DNA from: an uncultured delta proteobacterium
Lineage (GTDB): Bacteria > Myxococcota_A > Polyangia > Fen-1088
Reading direction: 5' to 3'
NCBI GenBank assembly: GCA_963755125.1
Contig: CAVWIP010000002.1
Location: 96,001 to 160,000 of the forward strand
Length of the DNA: 64,000 nt
Shown: positions 46,448-55,765 of the stretch, one piece after another
Layout of the letters: each line of letters begins with the position of its first letter
Numbering within the stretch: position 1 is the stretch's first letter
Translations under genes and position numbers: made by a program
The notes under the pieces: generated by a model
What the model saw: only the letters and a program-made list of their open reading frames with translations
What the model was told of the DNA's origin: nothing
Database searches by the model: none

Positions 46448-47152
46448 TCAGACGTCGTGCCGTGAGGTGATGGCCTGGCGGGCGAGCTGGTCGCAGCGCT
46501 CGTTGTTGTCCACGCCGGCGTGGCCAGCCACCTTGACGAGTTTGACCTGCGGGAAAGTCGCCAGTTGCTCGCGCAGGCTGGCCACAAGTTCTTGGTTGGC
46601 CTTGGCCTTCCAGCCCTTGCCCAGCAGGCCGAGCGCGTAGCTGGAGTCGCTGTAGATGCGAATGGGCCGCGTATGATCGGGCGCCAGCTCGGCTGCCAGG
46701 TCGAGCCCGCGCGAAATGGCGGTCAGCTCGGCGATGTTGTTGGTGCCCACGCCCAGGTATTCGCCGTGTTCTGCGCGCTCGCGGTCGGCGACGATCACGA
46801 TGCCGATGCCCATGGGCCCGGGGTTGCCGGAACAGGCCCCGTCGGTCCACACGTGAATCGTGCCGGGAGCGCGGTCGTCGGTGGCAGACGACGAGTGCGC
46901 CCGAGGCCGCGCATGAGACGGAGACGCGGGCGCTGCACGAGGCGCGCGCGGGGCATGGCCAAACGGCGCGGGCTCGTCCCCTTGCTCGGCCAGCGGCAGC
47001 AGATTGCTGGGCGAGGGCCGGTAACTCTTGGCATCTTCTTGGCGGTACTTCATCTCGGCCCGGCCTTCGCTGTCCAGAACCGGCCGCTGGTCAGCACCTA
47101 CCTGTACCCAGACCGGCTGGCCCTTGAAGCTCATGCGTGACCAAGACATCAT
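46448..47152 (-). CDS. rnhA: Ribonuclease HI with N-terminal extension
   Basis: TDGACSGNPG, TNNIAEL, YSDSSY, KVAGHAG..NERCDQLA. Confidence 0.9.
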   Translation of the reverse strand: MMSWSRMSFKGQPVWVQVGADQRPVLDSEGRAEMKYRQEDAKSYRPSPSNLLPLAEQGDEPAPFGHAPRAPRAAPASPSHARPRAHSSSATDDRAPGTIHVWTDGACSGNPGPMGIGIVIVADRERAEHGEYLGVGTNNIAELTAISRGLDLAAELAPDHTRPIRIYSDSSYALGLLGKGWKAKANQELVASLREQLATFPQVKLVKVAGHAGVDNNERCDQLARQAITSRHDV

Positions 47153-47271
47153 GGCCGCCCACTATGGCTGAATCCGCTCGCGACTTTCCACAGCTTCTTG
47201 AACAGACGGGAAGGCTCTCCGCGTTGTCCACTGGTTCGCGCCTTCTTCAAAAAAACGAGTAACCTCCCGCC

Positions 47272-48789
47272 GTGACCGAAACAGACAAGACCACTGACCG
47301 CGCCGTCGAAGTGGGACACGGCGTGCTCTTCATCGGATTCGCCAAGGCCTCGTTCATGGTGTTCGGGGCCTTGCAGAAGTTCCTGCTTGCCCGCGTGGTG
47401 GACCAGGCTGCGTACGGCGCCTTCTCGGTGGTGAACAACGCCATCTCCATCGTCAACAACACCATCGTACAGGGGACCATCCAGTCGGTGTCCAAGTTCA
47501 CCGCCGAGGACGACCGTCGGGCCGGTGCGGTCCAGCGCGCGGGCCTGAAGTTGCAGGTCTTTCTGGGCGTCGGCGTGGCGCTGGCTTTTCTGCTGGCGGC
47601 GCCGGTCATCGCCGGATTCGTGCATGCGCCCGAGCACACCTCGCTGTTCCGCCTGGTCGCGGCCATCCCACTGCTCTACGCGTTCTATTCGGTGTTCGTG
47701 GGCACGGCGAACGGGCAGCGCCGGTTTCACGTGCAGGCCAGCTTCGACGTGGGCTTCTCGATCAGCAAGACGGCGCTGCTGCTGGGCGGGGCGGTGCTGG
47801 GCGGCAGGATGGGGCACTCCGCGGCGGGCGCGTTCACTGGCTTCATCGCCGCGGCGCTGATCATCCTGCTGGTGGCGGGGCGCAAGATGTGGTCGCCCGC
47901 CGGAGGAGTCCGCTTCGCACCCTGGCGCCTGGTGGCCTTCATGGGCGGCACGGTGGCGTACACCCTGCTCATCAATCTGGCGCTCAGCTACGATTCGCTG
48001 CTTTTGCGTCGCTTCGCCGGCGCTGCGTTGGTCGGGTGGGGCGTGCGGGCCGACATGCTGCTCGGCACCTACGAGGCGGTTCGCAGCCTGGCGCTGCTGC
48101 CCTACCAGGCGCTGCTGGTGGTGACCTTCGTGATTTTTCCGCTGGTCTCGCGTTCCACCTTTGCCGAGGATCGCGAGGCGACCCGAGCCTACGTGCGGCA
48201 GACTCTTCGCTACGCGCTCATCTTCGGCGCGGCTATGGCAGTGGTGCTGGGCGCGCGCCCTGAAACCTTGTTGCGGATCTTCTATCCGGCCGGCTACGCC
48301 GCCGGCGCCGCAGCCCTTCCCATTTTGGCGGCCGGGGTGGTCGCGCTGGCGTTGCTGTCGATTGCCGGCTCGATCGTGACGGCGTCCGGTCGGCCCGATG
48401 TTGCGGTGGCGTTGGTGGCAGTCACCCTGGTTGCGGGCACTGGCCTGGCATTCACGCTGGTTCCGCGCGCCATCCCAGGCCCGGCCATGTTGTCAGCGGC
48501 AGCCATGTCGACCGCAGCCGGCATGCTGGTCGGTTTCCTGACGGCGCTGGGCTATCTGTGGCGTCGGTTCAAGGCCGGGCTGCCCCTCCTGTCGGTGTTG
48601 CGCGTGCTGGTCGCAACGGCTCTTGCCATCGCGGCAGCGCGGGTCGTTCCCGGCTCGGGCAAGCTGATGGGCCTTGCGGCCATGGCGGCGGCCGGGCTGG
48701 TGTTCGCGGCGGCATTGGCGGCGACGCGCGAATTCGGCGCCACCGATCGTGAGAAGTTCCTCAAGATCCTGCACCGCAAACGCGCGTAA
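47272..48789 (+). CDS. Polysaccharide flippase/MurJ-like MOP transporter
   Basis: 505 aa with many TM helices; IFPLVSR, RQTLRYAL. Confidence 0.8.
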   Translation: MTETDKTTDRAVEVGHGVLFIGFAKASFMVFGALQKFLLARVVDQAAYGAFSVVNNAISIVNNTIVQGTIQSVSKFTAEDDRRAGAVQRAGLKLQVFLGVGVALAFLLAAPVIAGFVHAPEHTSLFRLVAAIPLLYAFYSVFVGTANGQRRFHVQASFDVGFSISKTALLLGGAVLGGRMGHSAAGAFTGFIAAALIILLVAGRKMWSPAGGVRFAPWRLVAFMGGTVAYTLLINLALSYDSLLLRRFAGAALVGWGVRADMLLGTYEAVRSLALLPYQALLVVTFVIFPLVSRSTFAEDREATRAYVRQTLRYALIFGAAMAVVLGARPETLLRIFYPAGYAAGAAALPILAAGVVALALLSIAGSIVTASGRPDVAVALVAVTLVAGTGLAFTLVPRAIPGPAMLSAAAMSTAAGMLVGFLTALGYLWRRFKAGLPLLSVLRVLVATALAIAAARVVPGSGKLMGLAAMAAAGLVFAAALAATREFGATDREKFLKILHRKRA

Positions 48790-48815
48790 CTCGTGATCCC
48801 GCGCCAACTGCAGCA

Positions 48816-48844
48816 GGTCGTGGCCGTGGTCGTGGCCGCGGCCG
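48816..48844. repeat. Intergenic G(T/C)CGTG hexamer tandem repeat
   Basis: GGTCGTGGCCGTGGTCGTGGCCGCGGCCG between convergent genes. Confidence 0.65.
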
Positions 48845-49009
48845 AACCGTGTACGTGACGAAGGCGGAAAAGGATCGCCTCTCCGCGCGCTACTATTACA
48901 TTCTTGGCGCAGGTGTCTTGGCGATACTCGCGGAATTCGCCAGGCGCGTGGCCGTGGCAGCTGGGGTCGGGGAAAAGAAGAAGTGCGACTCAGGATAGGT
49001 GTTGGGCTG

Positions 49010-49432
49010 TCACTCCTCGTGCTTGTCGCCCATGTCGTGCAGGCGCGCGTAGATGCGCGGCCCCAGGCTGGACACCATCAACTTTTCCACCTCGCGTTCG
49101 ACCTGCTCCTGCTGATCGACGTCCTTGTAGATGAAGCGGATGCCCATGCCGGGCGTATTGACTTCGCTGCCATCGTCATTGTGGCGTGTCTCGCCCTCGT
49201 GCAAGACCCAGCGCACTTCCCCCAGCAGGACCATGGGCTCGTCGTTGTTGGGCACAAGCAGCTTGAACAGGAACTGGGTTCCCACGTCGAGCGGCTTGGT
49301 GGTCTGGATGAAGGTGCCGCCTTTGGAGATGTTCTTGGTGTAGTCGTAGAAGAACCGGTTGAGACGCTGGTACTCGACCCTGAGCTCGATGGGGGCCCGT
49401 TCCTCCTGGCGGCGCTCGTGGGGCTGCGGCAT
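49010..49432 (-). CDS. PilZ domain protein (myxobacterial TIGR02266-like)
   Basis: RRQEER, NISKGGTFI, GEVRWV, GMGIRF. Confidence 0.9.
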   Translation of the reverse strand: MPQPHERRQEERAPIELRVEYQRLNRFFYDYTKNISKGGTFIQTTKPLDVGTQFLFKLLVPNNDEPMVLLGEVRWVLHEGETRHNDDGSEVNTPGMGIRFIYKDVDQQEQVEREVEKLMVSSLGPRIYARLHDMGDKHEE

Positions 49433-49446
49433 CCTGTGTCTCAGCC

Positions 49447-51828
49447 GTGATCGTTACACGCGCCGCCACCTGGATCAATCACCGTTTCGGCCTGCGACCC
49501 TTGATCTGGGGTGGCGTGCTGGCGCTGGCTGCGCTGGCGCTCGATTTCGTGCCGCTCTTCGACCTGCTGGGCTTCGACTTTTCCTTCGCGCTCGGTCTGG
49601 GTGCCGCCTTTGCCGGGGCCGATGTCGGCCAGGGCGCCGCGACCGCGGCCCGGCGCGCGCATCGTCGAGTGTCGCTGCTGTCGCTGGTGTTCTCTGCTTC
49701 GGCCGCCGGTCTGGCGCTGCTGGCGGCGCCGCTGCTGCTGTCGCTGGCAAACGCCCTGCGCGTGCGCAACTGCAATCTGCCGGTGGGTCTGGCCTTCTAC
49801 GCCCTGTTGCCCGTGGCCAGCGTGCTGGTGGCGGCGCCCGCGGGCGTGCTGGCAGGCGTGCTGGTGCGCGGACCACGTTTCGGGCGCGCAGTTGCTTTCA
49901 TGGTTCCGGCCGTATCAATCGTGTGGGCTCTGCTTCGCCTGTACCTGGACCCGCCCGTATTTGCCCTGGACCCGTTTGGCGGCTACTTCCCCGGTCCGAT
50001 CTACGACGAGGGCCTGCGCCCGTCGGCACGCCTTGTGTGGTTCCGTCTGGCCAATCTGACCTGGATTGCCACGGCGGTGGCGCTCACCGGTTGTTTCAGC
50101 CGCGGAGGTCAGCCCGACGAAGCGGGGCCGCCCAGGCTTGCCTGGCACTCTTTCCCGTCATGGCTGGTGCTGGCCAGGTGGGTGGAAGTCACTTTCGTCT
50201 TGCTGGTAGGCTCCGTGCTCTGGTTCGGTTTTCGCGCCGAGCTTGGCTTTCACCTGACCAAGGACGATCTGGTCCGCGTGCTGTCGCGGCGGACACACAG
50301 CGAGCACTTCGTGATGTGGAGCGATCCCACCGGGGACACGCCCGCCGAGATTGCGCTGGTGCACAGGGATCTCGAGTTCCGCTACCACCAGTTGCGCGCC
50401 ATCCTGGGCAGCGAGCCGCGCGCGCCCATCACCGTGTATCGTTTCTCCTCCGCGCAGGAGAAGAAGAATCTGGTCGGCGCCGGGGCCACGCTCTTCGCGA
50501 AACCCTGGCTGCGCGAGATCTACGTGCAGGCCGAACATTTTCCAGCGTCCCGGCTGCGCCACGAGCTGGCCCACGTCTTTGCCGGCGCGTTTGGCGATTC
50601 GCTCTTCGGGGTCTCGCTAGCGTGGCGCTGGTGGGGGCCGCTGCCGGTTCCGCGCCTTGCTACCGGGCTCATCGAAGGCGTGGCCGAGGCCGCGGACTTC
50701 AGCGATCCCGACGGGCGCGTGACCCTGCACCAGCAGGCGCGGGCCATGATCGCGCTCGGCCAGGCGCCGTCCCTGGCGCGGGTCATGGGCGCCGGTTTCA
50801 GCGCCGAGTCTGGCGTGCGCGCCTATGTACTAACGGGATCGTTCTGTCGCTTCCTGCTCGATAGCTTCGGGGCGGACAAGTTGCGTGCGGTTTACCGTTG
50901 GGCCGGCGATTTTGCGGCGGTGTACGGTTTGTCACTGGCCGAGTTGGAGAAGTCGTGGCGGGCGTTCTTGGATACTCAGCCATTGGATGCGCTGGACGAG
51001 GCGCGCGCCAAGGAGCGTTTTCGTAAGCCTGCCATTTTTCGCAAAGTCTGTGCGCGCGAACTGGCCGAGCGCGTGGCCGAGGCGCGGGAACGAATCGGCT
51101 CCATGCCGGACGCGGCGGCGAGCCTGCTAGACAGCGTGTGCCGGGACGATCCCGACGAGCCGGCCTACCGCTTGGATCGGGCCGAGGCACTGGCGGCAGC
51201 CGGCGCCACCGACAAGGCCTTGGCCCTGGCCAGGCCGATGCTCGACGACGAGTCGCTGACATGGCCCGTGCGTGGCCGGGCTGCCAATTTGATCGGCACG
51301 ATCGAGTTTCACGCCGGCCACTTCGCCGATGCCGCCGCAGCGGCGGAGCGCAGCCTGGCGCTTGCCACCGATGAGAACGAGCTGCGCATGGCCTGGGCCA
51401 AGCGGCGCGCCCTGGCCGACGAAGGCGCTCGCCGGACCCTGGGCCGCTCGCTGTTTGGCGATGGCCTTGCGCGCTCCACTGACCCGGCTCTGGTGGTTTT
51501 CCTGGTGGACGAGTTTGCCCGCCTTCACCCCGACGAGGCGCTGGGATTTTATCTGGTGGGACGCCAGCTCGCTGGCCGGGATCCACGCCTGGCGCTGACT
51601 CCTCTGGCTCAGGCTTGCCCGCTCGATGGATCGGGGATGAGCGTCGCCCTCGAGCCGGCCTTTCTGAAGGAATGCCGGCAACTCTACGGCGAGTCAGCGT
51701 TCCTCGCCGGCGATCTCTCTCTCGCTCGTCATATCTACGCACTCCTGCGGGACCATGCGACGCTCGAAGCCGATCGGCTGCGCGCCATCGACTTTTTGGA
51801 ACGCATCGATTGGCAAGCGAGCCACTAG
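49447..51828 (+). CDS. Membrane protein with gluzincin-like metallopeptidase domain and TPR-like C-terminus
   Basis: N-terminal multi-TM region, LRHELAHV and GLIEGVAEA motifs, helical repeats. Confidence 0.65.
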   Translation: MIVTRAATWINHRFGLRPLIWGGVLALAALALDFVPLFDLLGFDFSFALGLGAAFAGADVGQGAATAARRAHRRVSLLSLVFSASAAGLALLAAPLLLSLANALRVRNCNLPVGLAFYALLPVASVLVAAPAGVLAGVLVRGPRFGRAVAFMVPAVSIVWALLRLYLDPPVFALDPFGGYFPGPIYDEGLRPSARLVWFRLANLTWIATAVALTGCFSRGGQPDEAGPPRLAWHSFPSWLVLARWVEVTFVLLVGSVLWFGFRAELGFHLTKDDLVRVLSRRTHSEHFVMWSDPTGDTPAEIALVHRDLEFRYHQLRAILGSEPRAPITVYRFSSAQEKKNLVGAGATLFAKPWLREIYVQAEHFPASRLRHELAHVFAGAFGDSLFGVSLAWRWWGPLPVPRLATGLIEGVAEAADFSDPDGRVTLHQQARAMIALGQAPSLARVMGAGFSAESGVRAYVLTGSFCRFLLDSFGADKLRAVYRWAGDFAAVYGLSLAELEKSWRAFLDTQPLDALDEARAKERFRKPAIFRKVCARELAERVAEARERIGSMPDAAASLLDSVCRDDPDEPAYRLDRAEALAAAGATDKALALARPMLDDESLTWPVRGRAANLIGTIEFHAGHFADAAAAAERSLALATDENELRMAWAKRRALADEGARRTLGRSLFGDGLARSTDPALVVFLVDEFARLHPDEALGFYLVGRQLAGRDPRLALTPLAQACPLDGSGMSVALEPAFLKECRQLYGESAFLAGDLSLARHIYALLRDHATLEADRLRAIDFLERIDWQASH

Positions 51829-51843
51829 CGCGGCGATTGGTTA

Positions 51844-51881
51844 CCTCGCCCACGCCGAACGCAATCTGCGCGGCGGATGAG
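51844..51881 (+). repeat. 38-bp direct repeat (other copies 56533-56570 and partial 56639-56661)
   Basis: cctcgcccacgccgaacgcaa(t/c)ctgcgcggcgg(a/g)tgag, 2 mismatches versus the 56533 copy. Confidence 0.85.
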
Positions 51882-52101
51882 TCCTTGCATGGAGTGTCCG
51901 CGTCTTCGTGAACTCCCTCGTTCACCATCCTTTTTGCGCTTGACTTGCGCAGTCAGCTATATATCATCGCGTCGGCGCAAAGCGGCAGCATGGTGTCGCA
52001 AGGGATAGCGGCACCTCTTCACCCAAACACTTCACACCAGATCCAATCCCGATCAAACGGCAGCTTGTAGCGCTGCAACCAACTAGAAGGAGAGGTCTAA
52101 A

Positions 52102-52707
52102 ATGAGAGACACTGCATTGGTGGACAAGTTTCTCGTGTTGATGATGGGAACGGCTCTGGCGCTTAGCGCGGGCTGCGGAAGCGGTTCAAGCTGCCAGACT
52201 GGCAGCTCGAATTGCTCGTGCTTTGGCAACGGCACGTGCAATGCTGGCCTCGAGTGCTCGGGCGGTACCTGTGTATTAGTACAGACCACCAGTTCGGGTT
52301 GCACCGGCAGCCAAGGGTGCGCGTGCTACGGGAACGGCACATGCGATTCGGGCCTCACGTGCTCGGGCACTGTCTGTGTAGCTTCAGGCGGCCCAGGTGG
52401 CACGGGTGGCACAGGTGGCACAGGCGGCGCGGGTGGCTCTACGGGCACCACCTGTGGCTCCATCAACGCCCAGTGTTCGTCCATAGCAACCGATTCGTGC
52501 GGCACCTGTCTTGCTTCGTGTTGTTGCACGCAGTTGATGGCATGCGCTACCAATGCCTCCTGTGCATCCATCGCTGAGTGCGCGGCAAGCTGCACCACTA
52601 CCTCTTGCGAGAGCACTTGCGAGTCCGAGTACCCGGCGGGACAGACTGCGGCGAGCACCTATCTCAACTGCGGAACCTCGTACTGTACCTCTGCATGTGG
52701 CAGCTAG
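52102..52707 (+). CDS. Cys-rich lipoprotein with duplicated CxCxGNGTC module
   Basis: GGAGAGG RBS; lipobox SAGC; two CxC(F/Y)GNGTCxxGLxCSG repeats, GGT linker, Cys-rich C-terminus. Confidence 0.75.
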   Translation: MRDTALVDKFLVLMMGTALALSAGCGSGSSCQTGSSNCSCFGNGTCNAGLECSGGTCVLVQTTSSGCTGSQGCACYGNGTCDSGLTCSGTVCVASGGPGGTGGTGGTGGAGGSTGTTCGSINAQCSSIATDSCGTCLASCCCTQLMACATNASCASIAECAASCTTTSCESTCESEYPAGQTAASTYLNCGTSYCTSACGS

Positions 52708-52758
52708 CCCGCGTCTGGACGGTGTAATGGTGAACCGCGGAGCCCCCGGCCGATCGGG

Positions 52759-53412
52759 TTGGCGTTGAGCGCACGGGCACGCTCCAGGTGGCGGTTGTGG
52801 CTGGGGGTTCTGACGGTTGCGACCATCACCGGGTTGGTAGTCGCCATGGTCGTGGCGCGGAAGCGGGACGCGGCTCGCGCGCAGGCGGCGGCGCAGTCTC
52901 AGTCTAGTGACTGGAAGGATATCCTGGTTGCGCAGGCCGAGAGGGCGCGTTCCGTGCCCAGGCTAGCGTTGCCAACCTCGGCACGAGCCCCATCCGAGCC
53001 TATCAAGCAGGCCGCCTGGAAAGATCTGCCACTGTGCCCGAGTATTCAGGTGTTCAATGTCCAGTCGACTGGCGACGGGAAGATACGGGGGGTTTGGATG
53101 AGCGAGAACCAGGGCAGTCGGGCTCTGGTTCTCCTGGGTGCTCGCTACGGCGCGTTTGTGCTGGAGTCAGTCGGACAGTATGCAGGGTCGTGGTTCGCAC
53201 AGCTTCGCACATCGAGCGGTCCCTGTCGCGCGCCAGTCGGCTCGGAGGAGCGCATGCCGTTGGCCCTCAACTCGCCGGCTCCAGCCAAGCAACAGCCTCC
53301 CGACGCTGGAGTCCAGGCTTTCCCGGAGCGCGACTTTCAGTTGGTGCGCAAACTCTCGGGTCATGTCAAGCGCCTGCAGTTAGATCCAGTTCCAAAGCAG
53401 TCCAGTCAGTGA
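52759..53412 (+). CDS. Hypothetical membrane-anchored protein
   Basis: Single N-terminal TM followed by a soluble domain; start uncertain. Confidence 0.45.
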   Translation: MALSARARSRWRLWLGVLTVATITGLVVAMVVARKRDAARAQAAAQSQSSDWKDILVAQAERARSVPRLALPTSARAPSEPIKQAAWKDLPLCPSIQVFNVQSTGDGKIRGVWMSENQGSRALVLLGARYGAFVLESVGQYAGSWFAQLRTSSGPCRAPVGSEERMPLALNSPAPAKQQPPDAGVQAFPERDFQLVRKLSGHVKRLQLDPVPKQSSQ

Positions 53413-53526
53413 TTTGGGCGGTATCTACGCCAGTCGCAAAATCAGCGGTTTTGAACTCTTGCTGAGGACCGCGCCCCACGGGACCGTTGCACTCGCCGCC
53501 GCCTGATGTGTCGCGGGAGATTATGG

Positions 53527-53696
53527 TCAGTGGCAGAGGTTGACCTGGGTGGTACCAGCGTAATTCGGCGTAGTACCCCGGTGTGCAATCGTCGTCCGTT
53601 AAACAAACCGAGCCGGTGGTTCCGGTGCCCGACTGCGATTCGCAGTCGGTGGCTCCAGGGAAGGACGTGTCTGCGTAACATCCGAATCCCGCGGGA
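53527..53696 (-). pseudogene. Remnant of the 3' end of a paralog of the Cys-rich lipoprotein 56672-58009
   Basis: Aligns to about 56680-56933 with an 83-bp frameshifting deletion; ends 15 bp from the IS3 inverted repeat. Confidence 0.8.
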
Positions 53697-53855
53697 TCGC
53701 GCCCCGGAAGTTGTCAACGCGAATGAGACAGTGGGGTTCATGAATTAGTGAGCAAGTTCTATGAGTGAGCCCCCGGCGGGAGCGGCGAGGACGGTCAGCT
53801 TGCTATCCACGGCTCCGCCGGCCTGCGCGCTCTGGGGGGCGCGCAGATCGGCCGG

Positions 53856-54887
53856 CTACGCACTCGCCGCCCCCGCCTCGGCTGTAGCTGGTTTGTTGAT
53901 CCACACGGCGTGGGGCAACGAAGGCAGAGCCGGTAGGCCGTGCGGGAAGCGCTCGGGGTGAGCCCGGTAGGCAGCTTCAAGGACGGCCATGCGTTTGGCG
54001 CGCTGGCCCTCGGCGAGTCCGTAGTGGACATCGTGGGGCGTGAAGAAGCCGATGCCGGAGTGGTGGTGCTCGGTGTTGTACCAGGGGAAGAAGTCCCGAC
54101 AGTGGGCGCGGGCGTGTTCCTCCGAGCCAAAGCGGTCGGGGAAATCAGGACGGTACTTCATGGTTTTGAAGTGCCCCTCGGAGAACGGATTGTCGTCGGA
54201 AACGTGGGGACGCGAATGGCTCTTGGTCACGCCCAGGTCAGCCAACAGGAAGGCGACCGGCTTTGAGATCATGGGCGAACCACGGTCAGCATGCAGGGTG
54301 AGCTGGCCGGGGTCGATGTTGTGGCGCTTGCAGGTTTCCTCGATGAATGCGTGGGCAACCGAAGCACACTCGCGGCTGGAGAGGGTCCAGCCCACGACGT
54401 AGCGGCTGAAGATGTCGAGAATCACGTACAGGTAGAAATAGGTCCACTTGGCCGGCCCGAGCAGCTTGGTGATGTCCCACGTCCAGACCTGGTTGGGCCT
54501 GGTCGCCAGCAGTTCGGGTTTCTTGTACTCGGGGTGGCGGAGCTGGTCTCGCCGTTCGCGGACCTGGCCGTTCTCGTCGAGGATGCGGTACATGGTGCGC
54601 AGCGAGCAGAGCCAGCGGCCCTCGTCGAGCAATGTGGCGTGTACCTGGGGCGGCGCCAGATCCATAAAGCGCGGCTCGTTGAGCACGGCCAACACTTGCT
54701 GACGTTCCTCGGGTGGCAGAGCGCGGGGCTGGGGACGGCTGGGCCTATCTCCGTCGCTCGTGGGCGCGGTGGCGTCCACCGGCTTGGGGCGCAGTCGCCG
54801 GTAATACGTGGCACGCGGCAGACCCAGCGCGAGGCAAGCTGGCGCGACCCCGATCTTGCCGCCGGTCTCCATCACCGCCTCCATCAC
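53856..54887 (-). CDS. IS3 family transposase OrfB (DDE integrase core)
   Basis: PNQVWTWDITKL, ILDIFSRYVVGW, HADRGS, DNPFSEGHFKTMK, WYNTEHHHSGIG. Confidence 0.95.
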   Translation of the reverse strand: MMEAVMETGGKIGVAPACLALGLPRATYYRRLRPKPVDATAPTSDGDRPSRPQPRALPPEERQQVLAVLNEPRFMDLAPPQVHATLLDEGRWLCSLRTMYRILDENGQVRERRDQLRHPEYKKPELLATRPNQVWTWDITKLLGPAKWTYFYLYVILDIFSRYVVGWTLSSRECASVAHAFIEETCKRHNIDPGQLTLHADRGSPMISKPVAFLLADLGVTKSHSRPHVSDDNPFSEGHFKTMKYRPDFPDRFGSEEHARAHCRDFFPWYNTEHHHSGIGFFTPHDVHYGLAEGQRAKRMAVLEAAYRAHPERFPHGLPALPSLPHAVWINKPATAEAGAASA

Positions 54888-55282
54888 GACTTGTCGCTTT
54901 CCAGCGGCGTCCCCAGCAAGGCCGCTACTTTTTTTTGCAGTTCCACCAGCGCCTCGGCCCGCTCGGCACGGGCCACAAGGCGAGTGTTCTCTCGCTGCAA
55001 TTCGACGATCTTGCGATCACGGGCATCGACCTCTGCCTTCTTTCGTCCGCGCTTCTTCGGGGTCAGCCCCGCCAGCTCCCCCGCATCACGCTGCCGGCGC
55101 CAGGTGGCGAGGTGCGACGAGTACAGCCCCTCGGAGCGCAGCAGCTCGCCCAACTGTCCGGGGGCCACGCAGTCTGACACCCGCTTGAGAATGTCCAACT
55201 TGTACTTGGCGCTGAACTGCCGCCGGTGTGCCTTGGGATCCACTTCTACATCCAGAATCGTATTCGTCTCTGCTTGGGTCAT
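54884..55282 (-). CDS. IS3 family transposase OrfA
   Basis: RRQFSAKYKLDIL HTH, LRSEGLYSSHLATWRR, coiled coil, LQKK with A8G slippery site (54928-54936) whose -1 frame joins OrfB. Confidence 0.92.
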   Translation of the reverse strand: MTQAETNTILDVEVDPKAHRRQFSAKYKLDILKRVSDCVAPGQLGELLRSEGLYSSHLATWRRQRDAGELAGLTPKKRGRKKAEVDARDRKIVELQRENTRLVARAERAEALVELQKKVAALLGTPLESDKS

Positions 55283-55350
55283 CGTGCAACTTCTTTGCTC
55301 CGCCCTCTACTCTAATTTCCAGGGGAGCCACTGTCTCACTCACGTTGGCA

Positions 55351-55765
55351 CAGAGGGCCCAGTGGCGCGGAAGTGGACGCCGGCGACGGCGCGGGCGAAG
55401 AACAAGAGGAAGCCGCGTCCGGCCGGGATCGCATCTTGGATCTCTTTCCGCCAGGGCCGCTTATCGCCATCAAGATCTCCCCGCCCGAGATCGCGCTGGC
55501 GCCCGGCCGCGAGCGCCGCGTGCTGGGCGTGGGCGTGGACGAGTCAGGCCGGCGCGTGCTGGGCGAGTTGGACATCGTCTGGACCACTGCCTCGCCTGTG
55601 CTCTCCATCGCGGGCGAGGGCCGCCGGCCGGCGGTGCTGGCCTCGGCCAACGCGCGTCCTGGCAGTCGGTTTTCCCTGGTTGCCGAGGGCCAGCAGGGCG
55701 AGCGCAGGGCGCGGGGCGAGGCCGTTGTCGTCATCATCAAGGTTGAGGAACCCGGCGCCCGAAAC
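55351..55765 (+). pseudogene. 5'-truncated gene fragment, possibly from an HATPase/ATP-binding protein
   Basis: Reading frame is open right up to the IS end; LFPPGPLIAIKISPPEIALAPGRERRVLG... resembles an Ig-like segment. Family call is from memory only. Confidence 0.35.

Larger units (their letters stand above)
53712..55350 (-). mobile_element. IS3 family insertion sequence
   Basis: 23-bp terminal IRs TGTCAACGCGAATGAGACAGTGG (53712-53734) and TGCCAACGTGAGTGAGACAGTGG (rc 55328-55350), 3 mismatches, TG..CA ends; orfA/orfB inside; no flanking direct repeat. Confidence 0.92.
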
